Shown piece by piece: positions 1 to 9,636 of a stretch of DNA of 64,000 nt (positions are counted from its first letter, which is position 1; each line of letters starts with the position of its first letter). The translations under genes and the position numbers were made by a program. Where the stretch lies: positions 768,001 to 832,000 of the forward strand of contig OY969695.1 in assembly GCA_963701965.1 (NCBI GenBank), given 5' to 3'. Source of the DNA: an uncultured Gemmatimonadales bacterium (lineage in GTDB: Bacteria; Gemmatimonadota; Gemmatimonadetes; Gemmatimonadales; Gemmatimonadaceae). The notes under the pieces were generated by a model, which saw only the letters and a program-made list of their open reading frames with translations, was not told where the DNA came from and ran no database searches.

Positions 1-486
1 CACGGTGGCGAGGTCGGCGAGGTACGCTTTGCGCGTGCCGTCGAGCGTGGCGTCGGCGAGTTCTTCGAGCAGCGTGTGCGCTTCGCGATAGAGCACGCGG
101 TAGCCTTGGTGGATGACGGCGCGGCCAATGGCTTGGGCCAGATGACTCTTGCCGGATCCGGGCGGCCCGGCGAACAGGGCGTCCTCCCGCTGGGCGACGA
201 AGCGGGCGGTGGCGAGGTCGTAGACGAGGGCGCGGTTCATCTTCTTGTTGAAGTCGAAGTCGAAGGTGTCGAGCGAGCGGTCGGGATCGCGGAAGCGGGC
301 GTGCTTGTGCCGGCGCTCGAGGAGGCGATCCTGGCGGCGGAGGAGTTCGTCGCTGACGAGGGCGGAGAGCAGGTCGATGGGCGCGAGGCGTTCGGTCTGG
401 GCTTGGTGCAGCCGGGTCTCGAGAACCGCAGCCATGCCAGAGAGGCGGAGTTGGCGGAGCGCGTGATCGAGTTCAACGAGGTTCAT
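1..486 (-). CDS. istB: IS21-family helper ATPase IstB (runs off the left edge)
   Basis: Manual translation from ATG at 486 gives MNLVELDHALRQLRLSGM...DTFDFDFN...GPPGSGKSHLAQAIG (Walker A). ATGA overlap with the istA stop. Confidence 0.93.
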   Translation of the reverse strand, partial: MNLVELDHALRQLRLSGMAAVLETRLHQAQTERLAPIDLLSALVSDELLRRQDRLLERRHKHARFRDPDRSLDTFDFDFNKKMNRALVYDLATARFVAQREDALFAGPPGSGKSHLAQAIGRAVIHQGYRVLYREAHTLLEELADATLDGTRKAYLADLATV

Positions 487-2024
487 GGGGGATCTCCGAG
501 CGTGCGATCGATGAGGTCGCGGTAGAGGGTGAGTTGCCGGATGAGGGGATCGACTTGGCGGAGCGTGAGGGGGACGGGGACGCGGTGCTCGAGGTAGCGG
601 CGGAGGAAGCGATAGGTGGGCACGCCCAGCTCGAGGGCGGCGTGCGCGGCCGCGTCAACGACGGCCGGGCCGTAGCGCTTGGCGAGGGCGAGGACGCCGA
701 GGATGCGGCGGACGGCGAGCACGCCGTCCTGGCGGTGGATCGTGTCGCAGAGCGTGCCAATGTGCGGGCCGGCGCGCTGGGTCCGCGCGAGCAGGGCGAC
801 GGTCGTCAGCGGCGTCCGGGCGGGGCGGTCGGTGTCGTGCACCCGATGCCGGCCGCGGGCCGTCCGCCGATGCTCCCGGAGGAGTTGCCCCGTGTCGGGG
901 GCGAGGAGGCGCACCCAGAGATCGTTCCACTGGACCTGCACGCGCTGGCTGATCCAGCCGGGTGGGGCGCTGTAGTAGGCCGCCTCCACTTCGACGCACC
1001 CATTGAGATGCACCGTGCGGGTGCCGTAGCGGTAGTAGCGGAAGGGTTCGAGCGGGAGCGGCCCGAGCGTGGGCTGTTCCTCGGCGAACATCGCGGCGAC
1101 CTGGCGCTTGGTCGTGCCGTGGATGCGCGTATCGGCCCAGCGCGTCTCCCACTGATCGAGATACGTCTGCGCGGCCTCCAGTGACTCGAAGCGGAGGCCC
1201 TTGAGCGGCGTCCGCTGCGTGTGGCCAACCCCCGATTCGACTTTGCCCTTGCGATCCGGATCCCGCACGCGACACGGCAAGGCCACGACGTGGTAGTGGG
1301 CCAAGACGTCGCGATAGAGTGGATTGAGCGTCGGGTCGTAGACGTCGGGCGTGAGGACGCCTTCGCGCAGGTTGTCGAGCACGATGACGCGCACCGTGCC
1401 GCCCAGCCGGCGGAAGGCGCGCTCATGCAGCTCGGCCCAGATCTGGGTGCTCGATCGCCAGACGAGGAGCCGGACCGACTTCCGCGAGTAGCCGAGCGTC
1501 AGGACGAAGAGCCGGACGCGCCGGTACTTCCCCGTGGCGGGGTCGCGCACCATCGGCCCCTCGCCGTAATCGACCTGCGCCTCGTCGCCCGGGGCGGTCG
1601 TGATCACCACGCGCGCCTCGACGGCCGCCGGATCGTGGAGCGTCCGGATGAACCGGCGGACACTCGCGTAGCGGGCCGCGAAGCCGTGCGTGTCGACCAG
1701 GTCTTGCCAGATCGCCATGGCGTTGCGGCCCTGCGCCACCCCGGCCACGATCTGCTCGCGGTACGGCTCGCACGCACTCGCCCGCCGCGACGCGGTCGGC
1801 GCCGTCGAGTCGGTGGACACCACCGGTGTGGTGGCCGGATTTGCCGGCGGCCACGCGCGCGGCCGGCCGCCGCGCCCCCGCACCGGAATGCCCGCCGCCT
1901 TGAGATACGCGCTCGCCGTCTCCCGGCGCACGCCGGTCGCCTGTTCGATCCGCCGGAGCGACCACCCGAGTCGCCCCAACGCCACGATCTGCTGTTGGAT
2001 GTCAGCCTTCAAGACGTTGCTCAT
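483..2024 (-). CDS. istA: IS21-family transposase IstA
   Basis: 513 aa with N-terminal HTH and the IstA motifs QVDYG, LGYSR, DNLRE, KGKVE. Confidence 0.95.
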   Translation of the reverse strand: MSNVLKADIQQQIVALGRLGWSLRRIEQATGVRRETASAYLKAAGIPVRGRGGRPRAWPPANPATTPVVSTDSTAPTASRRASACEPYREQIVAGVAQGRNAMAIWQDLVDTHGFAARYASVRRFIRTLHDPAAVEARVVITTAPGDEAQVDYGEGPMVRDPATGKYRRVRLFVLTLGYSRKSVRLLVWRSSTQIWAELHERAFRRLGGTVRVIVLDNLREGVLTPDVYDPTLNPLYRDVLAHYHVVALPCRVRDPDRKGKVESGVGHTQRTPLKGLRFESLEAAQTYLDQWETRWADTRIHGTTKRQVAAMFAEEQPTLGPLPLEPFRYYRYGTRTVHLNGCVEVEAAYYSAPPGWISQRVQVQWNDLWVRLLAPDTGQLLREHRRTARGRHRVHDTDRPARTPLTTVALLARTQRAGPHIGTLCDTIHRQDGVLAVRRILGVLALAKRYGPAVVDAAAHAALELGVPTYRFLRRYLEHRVPVPLTLRQVDPLIRQLTLYRDLIDRTLGDPP

Positions 2025-2421
2025 GCCGGCGGAGGGACAATGCCCGCCGCCTCGGCGTCAACGCCTCGGACGTCCCCCCGGCTGGTGGCCGGTTTTCAGC
2101 CGTCGATCAGTGGCCGGTTTTGACTGTCCACCGAGGGCCAGCACCCGTCGCGATTGCCGAGGGTATGCCTTGACCCACTGGCCGGACGAGGCGCGCCGGA
2201 TGAAGACTGATGCCAATGCGCTCGAGGTGTCCGCTTTACACTGAACCTGTAGAGGCGGCCTCCAGGGCGCCCGCTCCTCATGCATGGCGGGCGTCAACGT
2301 TGAGGACCACGGACGGGATCAGGATTCACGTGTGAATTGTTTTTACGAGGCGGGCCAATGCAATCGGCCGCTACAAGGTCAACGACCCGGACATCGGCGG
2401 TCGCCAGAGCGTTGCTGACGC

Positions 2422-2862
2422 TCATCGCTGCGGCCAGACCGTGATCACGCCGTCACTCCCCGACATCTCGGCGCTGGGCCCACGGAACGCCAGGTTACTC
2501 TCCGTTTCGATCTTCTGACCACGTCCGGCGCCGCCGATGATGGTGCCGACGAGATGGGTCCTGCCCGATACTATGTCGCCGGTTCCGCTCAGCCTCGCCT
2601 CGAACGAGTTGGACGCCGGCGTGGCGCTGACGACCCAATGGCTATCGATGAACGCGACGCTCGGCTTAGGACCCGGCCTCTCCTGGAAGCGCACCGCCAC
2701 GGTCGCGCGCCCGGTGACCGCGCCGTTGACGGGCCCAGTCCAGGCATATGCTCCGGACGTATCGCGGCCGGTGAGGGTGAGGTGATACGCGCTGCGCTGC
2801 GCCGCGCCATGGCACGCCAGGGCAAAGGCCAGAAAGGCGGCGAAGGGAATGTTCGTGTGCAT
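2422..2862 (-). CDS. Hypothetical secreted beta-rich protein
   Basis: GGAGG RBS, then MHTNIPFAAFLAFALACHGAAQ, which looks like a signal peptide. Confidence 0.6.
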   Translation of the reverse strand: MHTNIPFAAFLAFALACHGAAQRSAYHLTLTGRDTSGAYAWTGPVNGAVTGRATVAVRFQERPGPKPSVAFIDSHWVVSATPASNSFEARLSGTGDIVSGRTHLVGTIIGGAGRGQKIETESNLAFRGPSAEMSGSDGVITVWPQR

Positions 2863-2901
2863 GGCGCCTCCGTTCGGCTGACAGTCGGTCTTGACGAGCA
2901 C

Positions 2902-2957
2902 GACGGACGGGCGGAATTCGAACCCGCGTGAGCCTTTCGACCCCACACCCTTTCCAG
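2902..2957 (-). pseudogene. 3' half of tRNA-Ser(GGA), att-like remnant
   Basis: Minus strand reads CTGGAAA (anticodon loop) GGGTG T GGGGTC-GAAA-GGCTC (long variable arm) AC GCGGG-TTCGAAT-TCCGC (T arm). The 5' half is absent. Confidence 0.75.
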
Positions 2958-3303
2958 CCGAACCCCTCCCTGCCCTGATCCGGAGAATATATCGCTTTTC
3001 CCTCTGACAGCCGTGCGATCCGCCGGATTTGCATCGCGAATGTCGGACGAGATCGGGATCGAACATCCACCCGCGTAATTCACACGTGCAATTTGCGTGT
3101 GGGTCACGCGGTTTCGATGCTCCGAGGGCGAGTATAGTGATTGTGACACCACAGGCAGCCTGTCAAGCAGGCGTGTCCATAGCGCCCCGCGCTCACACTG
3201 GCCGCTCCTCTAAGAATGTTGACGGTGCCGCGACATGATATGCCACGCGCACGGCTGAGCAACCGCGAGCGCGCCTTCAGAATCCGACCTATAATTACTC
3301 CTC

Positions 3304-3633
3304 ATGGCGCGCTGGCACGTCAGTCGGCTCGACCATCTCCGCTATATCGCCAAGGCTGCCTACCTGCCTATCTCGAGATACAGGAAGTCGAGACGCGCGA
3401 CCGGCGATCCAGTCGCCGCCGCGCAACGCGCGACGTGGTTCCACGACCACTCCGACGGCCACCGCCGTCCGATCCTCGTCGCCGAAGAGACGCCAGGCAA
3501 GATTGCCGGCTACACGGCCACCGGCCGCTTTCGGGCAAAGCAGGCCTACGTTCCCACGGTGGAAGTCACCATCCAGTATCGCCCGGACGCGACTCACCGC
3601 GGCATCGGGACGGCTTTATGGATCAGTCGCTAG
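3304..3633 (+). pseudogene. GNAT acetyltransferase (YncA/Pat-like) fragment
   Basis: ILVAEE...IAGY...FRAKQAYVPTVEVTIQYRPDATHRGIGTAL. The N-terminus is degenerate and the C-terminus truncated. Confidence 0.65.
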
Positions 3634-4096
3634 CCAAGCCACTTGCTCACCTTAGGATCCGGCGCCCGAGCGTGACCAGCACTCTGCCAAAGAATGTCCA
3701 GCACACCTTGGAAGAGCGAGACGTTGTCTCCGAGGGGGTCTTCAACGATGACCGGGTCAATGTCAAGCACGTCTCGATCGATCGTACCGATGTTGTCGTC
3801 GAATGCATTCCGGGCCCCGCCTAGCACTCGCAATCCTGCCATCTTGTGCAACCGGACCGCGAGCACGAACGGGGGATCGACTCCGATGGTGTTCACTAGG
3901 AGCTTGAGGATGTCAGGCACCGAAGTAGCTGCCTCCCCTCCCTGCGGTGTTGGCGACCCGTATGCCGGGTAGCGCGTAGATCGCGTCCGCGGCGGTCGCC
4001 CGCCATTCGCTGCCGACCCCAGTCTTGCCCGGCCGGTTCGTTGCCGAATTGCGCTAGAGGCTCGGCCAAGTGCGTTGATTGAGGGATCTCCCAGAC

Positions 4097-4663
4097 TCAG
4101 ACGGTGCGCGACCCGCTTTGGCCGCGCTTGAGCCACAGCGCCCAAAGGTCGCGATCGGTCGGAGTCAAATCGGTTGGCGTTCCAGCACGCACCTCTTCAA
4201 TGTAGGCGGGATCGAACAGCTCAGGAAAACTGAACACAAACCAGGCCCTAAACGCAAACCGCTCAGGCGTGTCCTCTACGGCAATCCGACCGGCGAGTTC
4301 GACTGCTTCGTACACAAACAGTACTGTTCCCTCCTCCACGTAGTCGAGCGTCGCGTCACAGTCCTTGTCCGCGTGCTTGAGGAAGTTCTGCGTGCGTCTG
4401 AATGCTCGAGTCAACTCGTCGATTCGCTCCGCTTGCAAGAATTCGTCACTGCGAAACCTACTGACAATGCCCGCACCCCGACCTAAGTCTTCGAAAAGCT
4501 GAAACGCCGCGGCGGTTAAGGTGTGTACCGCGAGCATATCGCCGCGCTCGAAGAACAATCGAATCCCTTGATTCAATTGCCTCGACGCTGCGTCGGGCTT
4601 AGTCACTTTCGCGCTTTTTGACTCCATAACTCCAGGCAGAAGACTGGCCTTGCTTTCAGTCAC
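4097..4663 (-). CDS. Hypothetical protein
   Basis: 188-aa ORF with globular composition (AASRQLNQGIRLFF...AVHTLTAAA...QNFLKHAD), translationally coupled to the upstream gene. Confidence 0.7.
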   Translation of the reverse strand: MTESKASLLPGVMESKSAKVTKPDAASRQLNQGIRLFFERGDMLAVHTLTAAAFQLFEDLGRGAGIVSRFRSDEFLQAERIDELTRAFRRTQNFLKHADKDCDATLDYVEEGTVLFVYEAVELAGRIAVEDTPERFAFRAWFVFSFPELFDPAYIEEVRAGTPTDLTPTDRDLWALWLKRGQSGSRTV

Positions 4664-5331
4664 CGCTGACAGGTTCGTCAGGGGTTGCGAGTTCGAACCG
4701 GAATCCTCGCTGTCTCAAACGTGATAGCGTGACATCGTCGAGCGTCTCCACGAGCTCGGCAGCCAGCCAGTAGAGCGCTTGTCGAACACGGTCAAACCGA
4801 ATGGCCATCGCATGCAGATCGTGTATACTGCCGAAGAGGAATGCGAAATGTGATGAGGTCTGACAGCTCGTTGTTGACGTCCAGTCGCCGAGGTCCAAAA
4901 CCTGTCGCGAATGAGAACGACTCCGCCGGCAAAGTCGGCAACACGCGACTGGCAATGGTCGGATCGACATGAAATGCCGCCCGGTTCCGAATCGCCCGCA
5001 GCGGCTCGGCGATCGCAGGATCGTTCATCGCCGCATCCAGAACGGCCTTCGCGGCTGCGTACGACGTTTGACCGGCCTCACTTTTGGTTTTATCGAGGAA
5101 TTCGAGCGCCTCGTGCAGAACGCCGGCTACGTATAGGAAAGCGTTCATACGTTGTCTGTCGGCGCGGGGCGTCGGCTCCTTTCCCTGGTCATTCATGGCC
5201 GCCATTCCGAACTTGAGCGCGTTCGTGATGCGCGAGATCGCGACCAAGAACGTGAACTCCCTATCGTTGCGCAGTTCGGCGAACGCGTCGGCGCTACACG
5301 CAAACTTCCAATGTCCGTCAGGTGGCCTCAT
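4656..5331 (-). CDS. Putative HEPN-domain protein (frameshift near 4850)
   Basis: Helical protein with an RxxxxH motif (IRNRAAFH). The C-terminus continues in the 4656..4970 frame (FAFLFGSIHDLH...). Confidence 0.55.
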
Positions 5332-5647
5332 TGTCGTCTTGCTAGGGTTGTTTTCGACACGAAGCTGCAACGTGGGGAATCGCAGCACTGTCCGTATCTC
5401 GCACTTGAGCTCGCTTCCAGAGCTGCCAGGGTCTGGTCTGATCTCCAGCCTGCGATTGTCATCGGGTTGACGCAACTCGCCGGCGCTTAGCACGGAGAGG
5501 GAAGTGAGGTCTTCTGGACCCATCGCATACGGTGCTTCCCATCGGCCCGACTTGTCCACACTTCGGAATCCGGACCGTGGGTTGGCAATTCCAGCGAAAT
5601 GAGCAACAGGTCACCGGAATCGTCCACGGTAGCCGGCGTCGCGGGTT

Positions 5648-5932
5648 TCATGACGACGGCTTGTGCAATTCATGAACGCCAAGCCACCATTTGAATTCAG
5701 CAGGATCGATCCAGCCATAGGAGCGATCCTCGGCATTGGGTGACTGAGAGGTCCATTCGGCCTTCTCGTGGACGGCGCCGTAGTGATCGACTTCTTCGAC
5801 GCTGAACTCGACACACGCGTTGTCGTCGATGAATCGACTCGAATACGCGCGCTGGAATGCAACGAACGACAGGTCGCCCGCTAAGTAGCGTTCGATCAAC
5901 GCGTCAAGATCTCGCTTGGCACTCGCCGGCAT
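5648..5932 (-). CDS. Small acidic protein, immunity-protein-like
   Basis: LDALIERYLAGDLSFVAFQRAY...YGWIDPAEF resembles colicin-type self-protective immunity proteins (inference). Confidence 0.5.
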   Translation of the reverse strand: MPASAKRDLDALIERYLAGDLSFVAFQRAYSSRFIDDNACVEFSVEEVDHYGAVHEKAEWTSQSPNAEDRSYGWIDPAEFKWWLGVHELHKPSS

Positions 5933-6169
5933 GAGCTCTTCATCCGTGTCTGTAAGCTGGGCATTCGCGATCGCGTGAGTCGTCGCGGAAGTCATGACCA
6001 TAAGTATCGACTAAGAGTACGAGCGATGACATCTGCGACGGTACCACGCGCCATACGGGTCAATTCATGCTCCCAGAAATGCGACTCGCTGGCGGGAGAA
6101 CCGCGCACCAAACCCGGATCGCACGGCGCATGGCCGCTTGTGTTGGAGGTAAATGGCGCCGTGTCTAAA

Positions 6170-6586
6170 TCAGCGATTGAGCCAGCGGCCAACGCCGCTG
6201 TGGTGAGAGCAGGTACCGGAGGTGTGACCGCTGAACAAGACGGACCCGTCCCCACACAATGCGCTACCCCCACCCGCTAAGTGCATGCAGTAGTCCGTCA
6301 CAAGAAACAGCGAGAGAAACAACCACCAGAAGGTCACTACCAGACGACCCTCGCTTGTGGACGGGCGCAGCTGCTTGACACCGAACGTCGCGCTTGCCGC
6401 AACACAGACCAGGAACACAATAACAAGCAGCGCCACGTTGCCAGTAATGGCGCCGTACACTGCCCCGACCGCCAACCAGCCTGAGAGGAAGGCGGCAATG
6501 GTGTTAACGGTTCTCGAGAGTCGCGAAAATAGGCGACCTACCCCGAGAGCGACGCCCCGGAAGGCGAGAACATAAACGATAGCCAT
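6170..6586 (-). CDS. Hypothetical membrane protein
   Basis: Three to four hydrophobic segments. The 3' end may be frameshifted. Confidence 0.5.
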   Translation of the reverse strand: MAIVYVLAFRGVALGVGRLFSRLSRTVNTIAAFLSGWLAVGAVYGAITGNVALLVIVFLVCVAASATFGVKQLRPSTSEGRLVVTFWWLFLSLFLVTDYCMHLAGGGSALCGDGSVLFSGHTSGTCSHHSGVGRWLNR

Positions 6587-6688
6587 AGCACCCTACGGAC
6601 TGCCGCAAATAGTGCGCTGTAACTAGCCTCCTTGGTTACAGCTCCTGCCTCAGTCTCGGCGTGATGCTCTGTCGTGGTAGGCCTAACC

Positions 6689-6743
6689 TGGAATTGACCC
6701 GGTAAAGTGGACACCCAAGTAACCCTGCGTATGTTCGGGGAGG
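6689..6743 (+). mobile_element. Orphan IS3-group left end
   Basis: TGGAATTGACCCGGTAAAGTGGACACC resembles an IS3 IRL. It is followed by a GGGGAGG RBS that is cut off by the next IS. Confidence 0.5.
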
Positions 6744-6794
6744 TGACGTTCCCCCCGAGATGAGGTCCGCGTATTCTGACACAAGCCGCTGGAC

Positions 6795-8035
6795 GGCCTG
6801 GGTCCCCCAAGTGAGTCCGAGCTAGCGCGTCAGTTTGTCAGCGCGGGGTTCGAGGGTGGTGACTGCCAGCGCTCCAATATCGCGCTGGGGGATTCAACCC
6901 CAAACTGGTATGGGGTCGGTGGTTGTTGTAGTCCTCGCGCCAGGCTTCCAGCTCGATCCGGGCTTCCGCGAGGGATGCGAACCAATGACGCGTGAGACAC
7001 TCACGCCGCAGGCTCCCGTTGAACGCCTCGCAGACGCTGTTGTCCACCGGCTTGCCCGGCCGACTGAAGTCGAGTTGCACGCGGTTCCAGTACGCCCAGT
7101 GATCGAGCGCGGTCGACGTGAACTCGGTCCCGTTGTCGCACTGGATGACCGGGGGCAGGGTGCCGCGTCGCTCCCCCGCCTCGGTCAGCAGCCGCGCGAC
7201 ATCGGTCCCGCGGAACCGTCCGGCGACGGCCAGCGCGACGCACTCGCGCGTGCACACGTCCACGAGCGTGAACACCCGGACCGTCTGGCCGGTCGCCAAG
7301 ACGTCGTGCATGAAGTCCATCGCCCAGCGTTCGTTCGCCCGCGTGACGACAGCCCGGGGCTGGCGCACCGTGGCCGCACGGCGTCGGCGGCGCCGCGGCT
7401 TGAGCTGGAGCCGTTCCTCGAGGTACAGACGGCGCGTCTTCTTGTGATTGATCGGCAGCCCGTCGCGGCGCAGCATGACGTGCAATCGCTTCACTCCAAA
7501 GCTCGGCCGCGCCAGTGCCAGCTCGTGCAGCCGCCGGCGCACGGGCGCGTCATCCGGCTTCACCGACGTGTAGCGCACCAGTGCGCGATGGACGACCAAC
7601 GCGTGACACGCCCGCCGTTCGCTGACCTGGTAGGCCGACTGCGCCCAGCCGACCGCCTCGCGCCTGTGGGCTGGGCTCACCATTTTTTTCCCAGGGCGTC
7701 CCGGAGGATCGTCTTGTCCAGCGTGAGATCGGCGACCACCTGCTTCAATCGCCGGTTCTCTTCGCGCAGCTGCTTCAGCTCCCGGAGCTCGCTCACGTCC
7801 AGCCCCGCGTACTGCTTCTTCCAGCGATAGAACGTCGTCTCGGTCACGCCCAGCTTCCGGCAGATCTCGCCCACGACGGTCCCGGCTTCTGCCTGCCGCA
7901 GCGCCTGCAGAATCTGCTCCGGGGTGAACTTACTCTTCCGCATTCCTGGCCTCCTCCCGTTCGGGGAGTCTGGCCTCGAATCCCTACGCTGTCAAAACGG
8001 GACCGCCGCCGGACTCAGAATCCGGGACCCAGGCC
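6795..8035 (-). mobile_element. Inner IS3-family element with 4-bp target duplication GGAC
   Basis: IRs GGCCTGGGTCCC...TGAGTCC at 6795-6818 and 8011-8035. GGAC at 6791-6794 and 8036-8039. Confidence 0.88.
6838..7943 (-). CDS. IS3 transposase OrfAB (orfA 7677-7943, orfB 6838-7683, programmed -1 frameshift)
   Basis: OrfA has an HTH (MRKSKFTPEQI). OrfB has WAMDF, DNGTEF, EAFNG. A7 slippery run at GGAAAAAAATGGTGA. Confidence 0.93.
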
Positions 8036-8057
8036 GGACGGCGGCCTGGAGGTTCAG

Positions 8058-9181
8058 ATGCGACGGAGTCGCTTTAGCGAGGAGCAGATTGTCGGGATCC
8101 TGAAGGAAGCGGAGGCCGGCGCGAAACTGGCCGAGCTGCTGCGGCGGCACGGGGTGTCGCGCGAGACGTACTATCGGTGGCGGAAGAAGTACCACGGGAT
8201 GGAGGTCGCGGACGCGCAGCGGCTCAAGGCGCTCGAGGAAGAGAACCGGCGGCTCAAGCGCCTGGTGGCGGATCAGGCGCTCAACATCCAAGTGCTCAAG
8301 GACGTGGTGGGAAAAAAGTGGTGACCGCGGCACAACGGCGGACCGTGGTCACGTACGTGCGCGCGACCGCCGGCCTTCAGGAGCGTCGGGCCTGTCGCTA
8401 CCTGCACATCCATCGCGCGCTCGTGCGCTATCGCGCTCGCCGGCCGTCCGACACCGCCCTGCGCGCGGCGCTGGAAGGGTTGGCCGAGGCGCACCCGCAA
8501 TGGGGCTGTCCGCGGTTGGCCTGGCGGTTACGCCGCGAGGGGTGGCGGGACAACTACAAGCGCATCGAGCGGGTGTATCGGGCAGCGGGGCTGGCGGTCC
8601 GACGGCGGAAGCGGAAGCGCATCGCGACGCGCCGCGTACCGATGCCCGCCCCGGCCACGGCGAACGACCGGTGGAGCATGGACTTCGTGCGAGATACGCT
8701 GGGGAGCGCGGGCCGCGCCTTCCGCGCGTTCACGCTCGTGGACGATTTCACCCGCGAGTGTCCGGCGATCGAGGTCGATCACGCGCTCCCGGCGACCCGG
8801 GTGCTCGCGGTGCTGGAGCGCGTGGCGGTCACGCGGGGACTCCCGCGGGTGATCGTGCTGGATAACGGCCCGGAGTTTCGGAGTCGGGCGTTGGACGAGT
8901 GGGCCCACGCGCGCGGCGTGGCGCTCCAGTTCATCGATCCCGGGAAGCCGGTGCAGAACGCGTACATCGAGTCGTTCAACGGGCGGTTGCGCAATGAGTG
9001 CCTGAACCAGCACTGGTTCCTGACGCTCGCCAATGCGCGCGCGACCATCGAGACGTACCGCCGGAGCTACAACGAGGCTCGGCCCCACGGCGCGCTCGCG
9101 GGGCGCACCCCAGCGGAGTATGCTGCAGAGATGGAGCGAGCGAGCTTGACCCCCATCACCCTTTCCCTGTTGTCAGCATAA
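8058..9181 (+). CDS. IS3 transposase OrfAB (orfA 8058-8324, programmed -1 frameshift)
   Basis: MRRSRFSEEQI, then WSMDF, DNGPEF, ESFNG. AAAAAAG slippery site at 8313-8319. Confidence 0.93.
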
Positions 9182-9300
9182 ACGGGCTCACACCGGGGGG
9201 AACGTCACGTACAAGTTCGCTCGGGCGGACTTGTCGATGATCGACCCGTGAGCCGTGTCATCAGCAATGCCCATCTCTGACACAAGCCCCGACAGCTGCG

Positions 9301-9579
9301 TTGTGCGTGACTGACGACGGACTGACGCGACACACTATATTGAAGGCCGCCGGTTCTCCGCGCGCAGGGGGACAGACCGCAGGGCAGCAGGAACCGGTCT
9401 ACTTCACACAACGCGAAGCCGCGCAGTACGTGCGCGTGTCGGTCGCCTACCTCCGAGCTAGCGATTGTCCAAAGGTCCTGTTGCCCTCGGGACGCGGGCG
9501 CCGCCCGCTCGTTCGCTACCTCAAGAGTGATCTCAATGCCTGGATGCAGACCTGGAGAGTGACTCGCCGTGCTTCGTAG
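9301..9579 (+). CDS. Excisionase/AlpA-like HTH protein
   Basis: YFTQREAAQYVRVS...VRYLKSDLNAW, directly upstream of the integrase. Confidence 0.75.
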   Translation: MCVTDDGLTRHTILKAAGSPRAGGQTAGQQEPVYFTQREAAQYVRVSVAYLRASDCPKVLLPSGRGRRPLVRYLKSDLNAWMQTWRVTRRAS

Positions 9580-9636
9580 CTCGTCCCGACCGACTACACG
9601 ACCCTCCTTCGACCGTGCTCTCGAGGCAGCTCACTG

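Larger units (their letters stand above)
1..2136 (-). mobile_element. IS21-family insertion sequence (left end at ~2136, right end outside the window)
   Basis: istA-istB pair plus the tandem terminal motif GTGGCCGGTTTT at 2085-2096 and 2110-2121, typical of IS21 multiple transposase-binding repeats. Confidence 0.85.
6744..9207 (+). mobile_element. Outer IS3-family (IS407-like) element, interrupted by an inner IS
   Basis: Terminal IRs TGACGTTCCCCCCG..TGAG at 6744 and the reverse complement ending at 9207. Encodes orfA/orfB at 8058-9181. Confidence 0.88.

Noticed and set aside
3630..6690. Possible integron cassette array (co-oriented short genes, GTTAGGC on the minus strand at 6681-6687)
   Set aside because: No paired RYYYAAC/GTTRRRY attC hairpins were found between the genes, and no IntI is present.
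6775..9288. 13-bp direct repeat TCTGACACAAGCC at 6775 and 9276
   Set aside because: One copy is inside and one outside the IS, so it is not positioned as a target duplication. It is probably chance.
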